A stretch of 64,000 nt of DNA from Spirochaetia bacterium (GTDB lineage: Bacteria; Spirochaetota; Spirochaetia; SZUA-6; Bin103): assembly GCA_965208575.1 (NCBI GenBank), contig CBDBOV010000004.1, positions 288,001 through 352,000 of the forward strand, in the 5' to 3' direction. The notes below the pieces were generated by a model. The model saw only the letters and a program-made list of their open reading frames with translations, was not told where the DNA came from and ran no database searches. Both the position numbers and the translations under genes were made by a program. Below, piece after piece: positions 46,608 through 55,511 of the stretch. How positions within the stretch are numbered: position 1 is the first letter of the stretch; each line of letters opens with the position of its first letter.

Positions 46608-48419
46608 TCAGGTCGTCAAGCGCGCCTTCACGTGGGCGGACGCCAGGCGCTGCAGCACGAATACCGGAATCATCCCTATCGCCACGATCAGCAGCGCAGG
46701 GACGGCCGCCTCCTGCATCATCTCGTTGCCCGCCATGCGGAATACCCGGGTGGCGAGGGTCTCCAGGTTGAACGGTCGCAGGATCATGGTGAGCGGCAGT
46801 TCCTTGAGCATGTCCACGATCAGCAGGACGGCGGCGCCGATCAGCGCGGGCCGCAAGCTGGGCACAGCCACGTGCAGCAACGCGTGCCGCGGACGCATGC
46901 CGGAACATCGCGCCACCTCGTCGAATCGGCGGGTGACGCCGCAGAACCCGGAGTCGATCGCGTGATAGCCGACGCCGAAGAAGCGCACCACGTAGCCGGC
47001 GAGCAACGCCAGCGCGGTGCCGGTGATGATGAGACCCGGAGACACGCCGAACAACCCGCGCGACGCTCCGATGATGCGGTGGTCGAGCCAACTGTAGGCA
47101 GTGGCGATGCCCACTGCCAGCACCGCCGCGGGTATTGCGTAGCCGGATGTGGCCAGACGGGCGGTAGCGCTCACCAGGCGGCCGCTGCGAACCCGGGCGG
47201 CATACGCTACCAGGGTTGCCAGTATGACAATGGCCAGGGAAGCGGTGCCGGCAAGGCCGACGCTGCTCGCCAGGTAGCGCACCAGGTCCAGGCGGATGGC
47301 GCGTCCGCTGCCCTCCAGCGCCCACCAGCCGAGTTGGGCAACCGGCAGCACGAACCCGAACAACACGGGAGTGGCGCACCACGCCGTGGTGGTCGCGGCA
47401 GCGCGTCCTCGCAGCGCGACGCGCGGAATCGGACGCTGCAGCCCGCCTGGCGAGTGGTAGCGGGCGCGGCTGCGCTGCCAATGCTCCAGCGCCATGATCG
47501 CTCCGACCACCAGCAGGAGGACCGCTGCCAGGCTGAGCGCCGCCTCCACGCTGCCCAGTGCGAACCAGGCGCGAAAGATGCCGATGGTCAGCGTGTCGAC
47601 GCCGAAGAAGTGGGAGGCGCCGTACTCGCCGAGCGTTTCCATGGCGATCAGACCGGCGCCGGCCACGATGCCGGGCCTCGCCAGCGGCAGCACGGCGTGG
47701 CGGAACGCCTGCGCGCACCCGTATCCGTGGCAGCGCGCGATTTCCATGACCGCTGCGCTCTGCCGGGCGAACACGGCTCGCGAGGTCAGATACGCATAGG
47801 GATACAAGGTCACGGTGAGCACAAAGCTCAGCCCGGCAAAGGTCTGAATGTCGACGGTCGGGTAGCTTCCAGGAGCCATTGCCAGCAGGCGGCGGAACAG
47901 CAGTTGCGCGGGGCCCGTGTAATCGAACATGCCGGCGTATGCAATTGCGGCGATGTAGGTGGGAAGCGCCAGTGGCAGCACCAGGAGCCAGCTCAGTACG
48001 CGTCGGCCCGGAAACTCGAACGCAGTGGTCAGCCAAGCCGTGCTGACGCCGATGAGCACCGTCAGACAGCCGACCACGGCAACCAACCCGACCGTGTTGG
48101 CCACGTAACCGAGCAACACCGTTTGCGCCAGGTGGTGCACTTCCGGACTCGACAGCGCGCCGAGGTGGGCGGCCACCACCACGAGCGGGATGCCGATCAG
48201 CGCCGCCAGAATGGCGGGGGCCACCAGCCACAGCCGGGATGTCGGCTCGACGAGCGTCGCGCTGACGCGGCGCAACCGCCAGCCCTTCGACCACGGCGCG
48301 CGCAGCCACATGGCGCGCAACCGCTGCTGCCAAGCCAGAACCCGCTCGCCGACACTCGCGGTTCTTGCGCCGATACCGGCGCCGTTCACCACGTGCCCAC
48401 GGCTGACAAAGTCAGTCAT
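46608..48419 (-). CDS. fbpB: Fe3+ ABC transporter permease (start uncertain)
   Basis: FPGRR, LPLALP.YI, LYPY.YL, LPLARP, METL.EYG, GYAIP, KELP.T..LRPFN.ETLA. Confidence 0.88.
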   Translation of the reverse strand: MTDFVSRGHVVNGAGIGARTASVGERVLAWQQRLRAMWLRAPWSKGWRLRRVSATLVEPTSRLWLVAPAILAALIGIPLVVVAAHLGALSSPEVHHLAQTVLLGYVANTVGLVAVVGCLTVLIGVSTAWLTTAFEFPGRRVLSWLLVLPLALPTYIAAIAYAGMFDYTGPAQLLFRRLLAMAPGSYPTVDIQTFAGLSFVLTVTLYPYAYLTSRAVFARQSAAVMEIARCHGYGCAQAFRHAVLPLARPGIVAGAGLIAMETLGEYGASHFFGVDTLTIGIFRAWFALGSVEAALSLAAVLLLVVGAIMALEHWQRSRARYHSPGGLQRPIPRVALRGRAAATTTAWCATPVLFGFVLPVAQLGWWALEGSGRAIRLDLVRYLASSVGLAGTASLAIVILATLVAYAARVRSGRLVSATARLATSGYAIPAAVLAVGIATAYSWLDHRIIGASRGLFGVSPGLIITGTALALLAGYVVRFFGVGYHAIDSGFCGVTRRFDEVARCSGMRPRHALLHVAVPSLRPALIGAAVLLIVDMLKELPLTMILRPFNLETLATRVFRMAGNEMMQEAAVPALLIVAIGMIPVFVLQRLASAHVKARLTT

Positions 48420-48484
48420 TGCGCCGCCGGCCCCGGCCACACACTATTCGCATCGCAGGATTCATCCACCTTTGGAAGCGTAAC

Positions 48485-48522
48485 CAAGGTAAGTGTACCT
48501 AAAGGCAGATTAACCCTGTCAA
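48485..48522 (-). promoter_or_regulatory. fbpB promoter TTGACA-N19-TACACT with overlapping DtxR-family-like palindrome
   Basis: On the - strand TTAGGTACACTTACCTTG (48502-48485) overlaps the -10; perfect -35 at 48522-48517. Confidence 0.55.
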
Positions 48523-48573
48523 GCAGAAAATCGCGCGTGGCGCCGTTTTTTCAGCGCCCGTGTTCCTGATTCG

Positions 48574-50145
48574 TCAGTAGATGCAGTCCATCTGCCATGC
48601 GTCGAGCGACTCCAGCACGGCGGGCGCGCCCTGCGCGCGCACCGACACGCCGAGGCTGTCGGTACGCTCCGGGTACACCCGCTCCGCCAGGCACTGACGG
48701 CCGTTGACGAACACCTCGACCACGCTGCGGTCGACGAATATCCTCAGTTGCAGCTTCTCGTGCGGCGCCAGGCGCAGCGGCGCCGTCTCCGGCGCGCGCG
48801 AGAGCACGTCCGGCGCGGTGGACGAGTACGCGTTGTCGAGGGTGACCAGGCTGTCGACCGCGCGGGTGCCGTGGACGCGGTCGCGGAAGCCGCGTTCGGG
48901 GTAGAACCCGATGCGGGTGTACTCTTCGCGTCCCGGCGACCGCAGCACGTTCAACTCCACCATCGGGGCGGCCCCGGGATCGATTTCGGCGGCCAGTTCC
49001 ATGGTGTTGCCGCCGACTTCGTCAATCACCAACTCCTCGTTGGCCGGCAGCACGGTGCGCCCGACGCGACGGTGGGCGACGCGCAGCGACTCGACGGCGG
49101 CTACCGGCTCCTGGTAGAGCTGGTCGCCGTCCACGGTCAGGCGCCGCGGCAGGGTCATGATCTGGTTCCAGCCGCGGGTCGGCTTGGCCGGATTCATGTT
49201 GAAGATCACGATCACGCCGCCCTCCCCGTCCGGCGTGGCGGATGGAGCGTGCACCCCCGCCGGGAGCGCGGGGCCGTGGTTGAACTTGGCGCCGTGGGTC
49301 ACCACGAACTTGTCGCGCGCGGTGTCGTAGTCGCCGAGCAGGTACTGTCCGCCGCTCATGTGGCTGAAGAACAGCAGAATGTGGCGCTGTCCGTCGCCGG
49401 TGCCGATCGGCCAGAAGTAGGGGCAGGCGCCGTCATCCCCCACCAGCGTGTACCGGTCATGCTCCACGAACGGATGCAGGTATTCCCAGGTAGCCAGGTC
49501 GTCGGAGCGCAACAGGAAGTTGGCGCGGATCGGCTTGCCGCCGGGGCCGGCCGGACGGGTGCCCGCCGACAGGGAATAGTAGCGCCCGTCCTTGCTCCAG
49601 ATGCAGGGGTCGAACACGCGGTACGGCTGCGGCGAACCGTCGGGCCGGCGCATCGGAATGACCGCCGCGCCCGTCACCTTGTGCCAGTTGAGCAGCAGCG
49701 GGTCGCTGGAAGTGGCCACCATGTTGCCCACCTCGGTGCCGTGGTAGATGGCGATGACGCGCTCTTCCTCCACCAGCGTGGCACCGGAGTAGCACTTGTC
49801 CTCCGGGCTCGGATAGATGCAGTACGGCAGGTCGTGCCAGTGGACCAGGTCGTCGCTGACCGCGTGTCCCCAGTGCTGGCGGGTATCCTCCGGCGGGTAC
49901 GCCTGGTAGAACAGGTGCCAGCGGCCCTGCCAGAAGCACAGGCCGTTGGGATCGTTCAGGCTCGCCTCCGGGTTGACGTAGTGATACTGCGGTCGATGCG
50001 GATCGGCAGCGTAGCTCGCGCGGGCGGCGTGCAGCCGCTGCATCAGGGGATTCTCGGCCAGGGCGCGTTCCTGCTCTTCCAGCGTGGCGGGAAACGTGTG
50101 GAACGGAACCTTCGACTTGGGCCAGACGTTCTGTGCGGTACTCAT
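48574..50145 (-). CDS. Glycoside hydrolase family 32-like protein, atypical EC motif
   Basis: RPQYHY, LNDPNG, WGHAVS.DL, YSG, FDP, DDGACP, TLPRRL, DRSVVE. Confidence 0.88.
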   Translation of the reverse strand: MSTAQNVWPKSKVPFHTFPATLEEQERALAENPLMQRLHAARASYAADPHRPQYHYVNPEASLNDPNGLCFWQGRWHLFYQAYPPEDTRQHWGHAVSDDLVHWHDLPYCIYPSPEDKCYSGATLVEEERVIAIYHGTEVGNMVATSSDPLLLNWHKVTGAAVIPMRRPDGSPQPYRVFDPCIWSKDGRYYSLSAGTRPAGPGGKPIRANFLLRSDDLATWEYLHPFVEHDRYTLVGDDGACPYFWPIGTGDGQRHILLFFSHMSGGQYLLGDYDTARDKFVVTHGAKFNHGPALPAGVHAPSATPDGEGGVIVIFNMNPAKPTRGWNQIMTLPRRLTVDGDQLYQEPVAAVESLRVAHRRVGRTVLPANEELVIDEVGGNTMELAAEIDPGAAPMVELNVLRSPGREEYTRIGFYPERGFRDRVHGTRAVDSLVTLDNAYSSTAPDVLSRAPETAPLRLAPHEKLQLRIFVDRSVVEVFVNGRQCLAERVYPERTDSLGVSVRAQGAPAVLESLDAWQMDCIY

Positions 50146-50302
50146 GATCGTGCCCTACGATACGGAAGCGGCGGCCGTGCATCAACGGGTCGCGCATGCT
50201 CGCGCGCCGCGCCACGCGCCAACGGCGCACGCAGATTGCACAGGTTGATGGCGCACGGATCGGCGCGAATCTGGTAGAGTGCGCGCGGAGTCGAATGACA
50301 AG

Positions 50303-51937
50303 ATGACAGGATATGACGTAATGGCGCAGGTGCTCGCGGCGGAAGGAGTGACCTTTCTGTCCGCGTTTCCGCTGCAGAACCTGATCGAAAGCAGCGCAAA
50401 GATCGGCATTCGACCGGTGATTTGCCGCCAGGAGCGGACCGGCGTGAATATCGCCGACGGGTACGCGCGGGTGACCAACGGCGCCGGTCTCGGCGTGTTC
50501 ACCATGCAGTACGGTCCCGGCGCGGAGAACGCGTTCGCCGGCGTGGCCCAGGCATTCGCGGACTCGGTGCCGATGCTGCATCTTGCCGGCGGTTCGCCAA
50601 GTGGCCGCCAGGGTGTGCCGCCCACGTTCGACCCGGTGCGCGCCTACCGCTCGGTGACCAAGTGGGCGGCGCAGATCCGCACCGCCGCGGACGTGCCGGC
50701 GATGATGCGGCGCGCCCTCGGCCAGCTTCGTAACGGCCGGCGCGGCCCGGTGCTGCTGGAGATGGTCCATGACGCGATGAGCCAGGACTGTCCCGGCGCC
50801 AGCGTGGACTACACGCCGGTGCGGGGGCACCGCTCGGCGGCCGCGAGCGAGGATGTGCGCGACCTGGTCGCGGCGCTGCTCGCCGCCCGCAACCCGATCG
50901 TGGTGGCCGGCCAGGGCGTGCTGTACGGCGAGGCCACCGCGGAACTGGTGGCGTTCGCCGAGCTGGCACAGATCCCGGTGATGACCACCCTCGCGGGCAA
51001 GAGCGCATTCCCGGAACACCACGCGCTCGCGCTCGGCACCGGCGGCCTGACGCGCACCCTGATGGTGTCGCGCTTCCTCGCCGAGGCGGACCTGATCATC
51101 GGGATCGGCACCAGCTTCACGATCAACACCTTCACCACGCCGATGCCGGCGGGCACCGCGAAAGCGCAGGTCACCAACTGCGGCGAGGACATCGGCAAGG
51201 ACTACCCGGTGGCGCTGGGAGCGGTCGGCGATGCGGCGCTGGTGCTGGCACAGATGAGCGAGGAGTACCGGCGCCAGGACGGCCCGCAGGTGCGTGGCGA
51301 CGGCAACGGTGCCGCGGCTCGCGTGGCGGCAGTGGCGGAGGAGTTCACGCGGCAGTGGGAGCCGCACGCCACCTCCGACGAGGTTCCGATCAGCCCTTAC
51401 CGGGTGATTCGCGAACTGCAGCGGGAGTTCGGCGCGGCCGACACCATTATCACGCACGATTCGGGCTATCCGCGAGACCAACTGGTGCCGATGTGGAAGA
51501 GCGAGGTGCCGCGCGGCTACATCGGCTGGGGCAAGTCGACGCAGCTCGGCTACGGGCTCGGGCTGGCCATCGGAGCGAAGCTGGCGGCGCCGGAGAAGCA
51601 CGTGATCAACCTGATGGGAGAGGCGGCGTTCGGCATGTCGGGGCTCGACGTGGAGACCGCGGTGAGGTCGGAGATCCCGATCCTGACCGTGGTGCTCAAC
51701 AACGGGGTCATGACCAAGTACGACAGCCACATGCCGAACGCTTCGCAGCGGTACGGCAGCAACCGGCTGGGCGGCAACTACGCCCAAGTCGGCGGCGCGC
51801 TCGGCGCGCATGCCGAACGGGTGAGCGCGCCCGGCGAGCTGGCGGGGGCGCTGCGCCGTGCCCGGGCAGCCAACCGTGACGGCAGACCGGCGCTGGTGGA
51901 GGTGATGAGCAAGGTGGAACCGCAGGTGTCCACCTGA
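50303..51937 (+). CDS. Thiamine diphosphate-requiring enzyme
   Basis: CRQER, QYGPGAEN, RRGPV, KSAFPE.H, WGKSTQLGYGL, GEAAFGM...NN. Confidence 0.88.
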   Translation: MTGYDVMAQVLAAEGVTFLSAFPLQNLIESSAKIGIRPVICRQERTGVNIADGYARVTNGAGLGVFTMQYGPGAENAFAGVAQAFADSVPMLHLAGGSPSGRQGVPPTFDPVRAYRSVTKWAAQIRTAADVPAMMRRALGQLRNGRRGPVLLEMVHDAMSQDCPGASVDYTPVRGHRSAAASEDVRDLVAALLAARNPIVVAGQGVLYGEATAELVAFAELAQIPVMTTLAGKSAFPEHHALALGTGGLTRTLMVSRFLAEADLIIGIGTSFTINTFTTPMPAGTAKAQVTNCGEDIGKDYPVALGAVGDAALVLAQMSEEYRRQDGPQVRGDGNGAAARVAAVAEEFTRQWEPHATSDEVPISPYRVIRELQREFGAADTIITHDSGYPRDQLVPMWKSEVPRGYIGWGKSTQLGYGLGLAIGAKLAAPEKHVINLMGEAAFGMSGLDVETAVRSEIPILTVVLNNGVMTKYDSHMPNASQRYGSNRLGGNYAQVGGALGAHAERVSAPGELAGALRRARAANRDGRPALVEVMSKVEPQVST

Positions 51938-52054
51938 CCAGGGCCGCGGGTCCGCGCGCCCCGGGAGCCGCGCCCCGTGCGCCGTGCGCCGGTAGCAGCG
52001 CGCGGCGCACTCCGGCTGCCCGTGAGCAGCGCGGCGCCGGGCTCTACCGGACTG

Positions 52055-53251
52055 CTACGCCGCGGGCTCCGACTCGGTTCCGGTGGCGAGCCGCAACGCC
52101 ATGCGGCAGGCCAGTTCGAAGTCGTCCAGGTCCAGGGTTTCGTTGATGGTGTGGGCGTTGCGCTGGCCAACGCCCATGGTGACCGTGGGAATGCCGCGCG
52201 CGGTGAGCGAGTTGGCGTCCAGCCCGCCGTCGGCGACGTGGAACTCCGCGGTAGCGCCGGCACTCTCCGCCGCGGCCGCCGCCGCCAGCACACACGGTTC
52301 GTTGAGCGGCAGCTTGAATGACTCGTAGTCCAGCGTCGTCGACACCTTGACGCGTCCGGTGACGCCGTCGACGTTGATCGCCCGGCCGGCCGCGCGCCGG
52401 AACGCGTGCTCGAACTCGCGCACGATGCGCTTGCGGAACGCGGAATCGTGACTGCGCGCCTCGGCGCGGACGACGGCGCGGTCGGTGACCACGTTGGTGG
52501 CGTCGCCGGCCTGGATCACGCCCACGTTGCTGGTTCCGCTGCCCTCGTCTTTCTCCACCTTGCCATGCCAGCCGGCCCGGTCCAGGTCGGCGATGGCGCG
52601 CGCGGCGATGGCGATCGCGCTCACCCCGCGCTCCGGCGCGCCGCCGGCGTGACTGGCTACCCCGCCAACTTCGACGTGCATGCGATACGCGCCGGTGGCG
52701 CCCACCACCAACCGCGCTGCGCCACCGCCGTCCCAGTTGAAGGCGAGCCGCGGATTGCCCAGCGTCGCCTTCGAAACGCGCTGCGAACCCTGCAGCCCCA
52801 CCTCTTCCTGAACGAACCAGCAGAACGTCACCGGCGGATGCGGCAGTCCCCGCTCCACGATCTCCAGCGCAGCCGCCAGCAGCACGGCGCACGCCGCGCG
52901 ATTGTCGGCGCCGAGGCCCGTGCCGCGGCTCGCCGAGCGCACTTCGCGCCCGCGCAGCAGCGGCTTGCTGCCGACGCAGATTGGCACGGTGTCCAGGTGG
53001 CCGGCGAGCAGCCGCCGCGCACCGCGCCGCGTTCCCTTCAGCTTGAGGATCAGGTTGCCGGTATCGCCCTTGAGCGGAGTGCGGCGCTGCACGCGGTCGC
53101 TGACGATGATCTCGGCCGGTACCCCGGCCGCGCGCAGCTTGCCGGTGACGTAACGCGAGACCTCCCCTTCCTCGCCGCTCTTGCCGGGAATGGCCATCAG
53201 TTCCATGGCCAGGTCGCGCGCCCGGGACAGGTCAGGTTCCCACTCACTCAT
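52055..53251 (-). CDS. M20/M25/M40 metallopeptidase (peptidase T-like)
   Basis: GHLDTV, LGADNR, QEEVGL.G, SHAG..PE.G, GGLDAN, AHT.NE. Confidence 0.9.
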   Translation of the reverse strand: MSEWEPDLSRARDLAMELMAIPGKSGEEGEVSRYVTGKLRAAGVPAEIIVSDRVQRRTPLKGDTGNLILKLKGTRRGARRLLAGHLDTVPICVGSKPLLRGREVRSASRGTGLGADNRAACAVLLAAALEIVERGLPHPPVTFCWFVQEEVGLQGSQRVSKATLGNPRLAFNWDGGGAARLVVGATGAYRMHVEVGGVASHAGGAPERGVSAIAIAARAIADLDRAGWHGKVEKDEGSGTSNVGVIQAGDATNVVTDRAVVRAEARSHDSAFRKRIVREFEHAFRRAAGRAINVDGVTGRVKVSTTLDYESFKLPLNEPCVLAAAAAAESAGATAEFHVADGGLDANSLTARGIPTVTMGVGQRNAHTINETLDLDDFELACRMALRLATGTESEPAA

Positions 53252-53450
53252 GGTACGGATGGTGCTCGATGTGGAAGTTCATGTGCAATTCAGAAATCAA
53301 ACCAGCGGTCCACGATGACGGTACAGGTAGATAGCCGAAAAACGGACATCGTGTCCAGTAACCCGATGTGGTTGTGGTGCGTCGTCACCGCATACCCACG
53401 CACCCCAATCTACCACACCGAAGACCCGCTTTGCTATGCTCGGAGGCGCA

Positions 53451-53630
53451 ATGCGTTACGTGATTCTGGGGGCCGGGGCGCTACAGCATCGCCGAACTCA
53501 CCCGCGAAGCGCAATCCGCGGCGACCTGAACCTCCCTGAATCTGAACAGTCGCACTGCACCGACCGCACCGCACCGAACGACCTTGACTCTCGCTCAGCT
53601 TGTGCCAGTATGTACGATGGCAGTTCGTAG
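53451..53630 (+). pseudogene. N-terminal stump of a Rossmann-fold gene (ketopantoate reductase-like)
   Basis: TATGCT -10, GGAGG RBS, MRYVILGAGAL, then loss of similarity. Confidence 0.35.
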
Positions 53631-53742
53631 CAGACGGGCTGATCGTCGCGGATCCAGCCCGGGCGTGGCGTCCGGACGGGGTTCGCCATCGTGGCGGAGG
53701 CAGGATGCCAAGCGTGCGGCCCGCTCGTGCGAGGAGGCTCTC

Positions 53743-55383
53743 ATGAAGGAGCTATGGTTCGTATTGATCGTACTCGTGACCGTGTGCGGAATCGGCTTCG
53801 CATCCGGGGAAGAAGAGGCCGGCGCCGCCGGGGAGGTGCCGCTGCTCACCATGTTCGGCGGCCAGAGGGCCTCCATCGATACGCTGGACTCGCCCGACAA
53901 CGAGTACACGGCATTCATGGAGGAGAAGTTCGGCGTCAAGATCGAGTGGGTGGCGGTCCCGGCCGAAGACCGGCGCAACAAGCAGAACCTGATGTTGTCC
54001 GCCGGCGACTACCCGCCGCTGTTCTGGCAGGGCAGCTTCAACAACGCCGAGCAGATTCGTTATGGCACCGAGGGTGTCCTGCAGCCGCTCAACGACCTGA
54101 TCGACAACAAAGCCCCCGACATCCTGCAAGCGTTTGCATTCAAGCCCTACTTCCGCCCGGAGGTCACCACGCCGGACGGCAACATTTACACGCTGCCGCA
54201 CTTCGAGGAGTGCGTGCACTGCTCGGTGTCGCAGAAGCTGTGGATCAACCAGACCTGGTTGGACAAGCTTGGATTGCCGATTCCGGAGACTACCGCCGAA
54301 TTCGAAGACACGCTCATGGCGTTCAAGACGGGCGATCCGAATGGCAACGGCAAGACCGACGAGATTCCGCTCACCGGAGTCACCGCACCGAGCCACTACA
54401 GGGTGTACAACTTTCTGCTCAGCGCGTTCATCTACAACGACGGCCGCACCTTCCTGTACATCAACGACGACGGTCTGCCCGCTTTCGCAGCCAACAAGCC
54501 GCAATGGCGGCAAGGTCTGCGCTACCTTCGCCGACTGTACGAGAACGGCCTGATCGATCCGCAATCCTTCACCCAGGATCGGACTACGGGGCGGGCCGTG
54601 GTGAACGGCGATCCGGCCGTGGTGGGCGCCTTTTCGGCCAGTCACCCGCGCGGCATGGCGCGCAACGAGGGACTCTGGCAGCAGTTCGTGGCGGTCACAC
54701 CGTTGCGCGGTCCGGAGGGGGTACAGTTCTCCGCCTACTACCCGTCGGGCGTGGGTATCGGCAAATTCGCTGTCACTGACAAGGCCACCGCGATCCAGGC
54801 GCAGAAGGCGATAGAGATGGCCAACTGGGCTTATACCCACGAGGGGACCGTCAGCGAGATCTGGGGAGTCGCCACCAACAAGGAGGGCACCGTGAACTGG
54901 CGCTGGGCGGAACCGGGCGAACTGGGGCTGCACGGCCAGCCGGCCATCTACTGGGGCTCGCCGCACGCCTGGGACCGCAGCTCACGCACCGACTCGTGGG
55001 GGATGGAGTTGATCTTCTGGCATCGCGATCTGTTCAACGGTTGGGCTGCCAACCAGGACGTGACGCAAATCGAGGGATACGAACGGCTGCTGTACCTGGA
55101 GAGCCAGAAGTACCTGCCCTACGTGCCGGATGAACTGGTCCCGTTCGGCACCCGCGGCACCGGCGGCCTGTACTTCACCGAAGACAAGTCGCAGCGCGTC
55201 GCTCAGATCACCGCCGAGATAGCCACCTACGTGCAGCAGAACGTTGCCGCCTTCATCGTCGGTCAGCGCGACCTCGATGCTGACTGGGAGAGTTACGCCC
55301 GCGGTTTCGACGGTCTCGGCCTGGAGTGGTACCTGCAGACGATCCGGGACGCCATGGAGGCTGCCGCCGCCCTCAACGCCTGA
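53743..55383 (+). CDS. Extracellular solute-binding protein (family 1, LplA-like)
   Basis: GAGGAGG RBS, signal peptide, G.L.PLNDLI, TPDGNIY.LP, INQ.WLDKLGL..P.T, DPNGNG..DEIP. Confidence 0.92.
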   Translation: MKELWFVLIVLVTVCGIGFASGEEEAGAAGEVPLLTMFGGQRASIDTLDSPDNEYTAFMEEKFGVKIEWVAVPAEDRRNKQNLMLSAGDYPPLFWQGSFNNAEQIRYGTEGVLQPLNDLIDNKAPDILQAFAFKPYFRPEVTTPDGNIYTLPHFEECVHCSVSQKLWINQTWLDKLGLPIPETTAEFEDTLMAFKTGDPNGNGKTDEIPLTGVTAPSHYRVYNFLLSAFIYNDGRTFLYINDDGLPAFAANKPQWRQGLRYLRRLYENGLIDPQSFTQDRTTGRAVVNGDPAVVGAFSASHPRGMARNEGLWQQFVAVTPLRGPEGVQFSAYYPSGVGIGKFAVTDKATAIQAQKAIEMANWAYTHEGTVSEIWGVATNKEGTVNWRWAEPGELGLHGQPAIYWGSPHAWDRSSRTDSWGMELIFWHRDLFNGWAANQDVTQIEGYERLLYLESQKYLPYVPDELVPFGTRGTGGLYFTEDKSQRVAQITAEIATYVQQNVAAFIVGQRDLDADWESYARGFDGLGLEWYLQTIRDAMEAAAALNA

Positions 55384-55455
55384 TACGGCACCTGCGTCCG
55401 CGCGGGTTGGATGTCACGCACGGCATCGCGCGATGAGCAGGCCCCCACAAGAGCA

Positions 55456-55480
55456 GGGCCGCTCCTTTCCGGAGCGGCCC
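55456..55480. terminator. Hairpin between convergent SBP genes
   Basis: 10-bp stem GGGCCGCTCC/GGAGCGGCCC; no clear U-tract. Confidence 0.5.
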
Positions 55481-55511
55481 AGCAAATCGAACGAAGGTGT
55501 TGGACGGTCAG

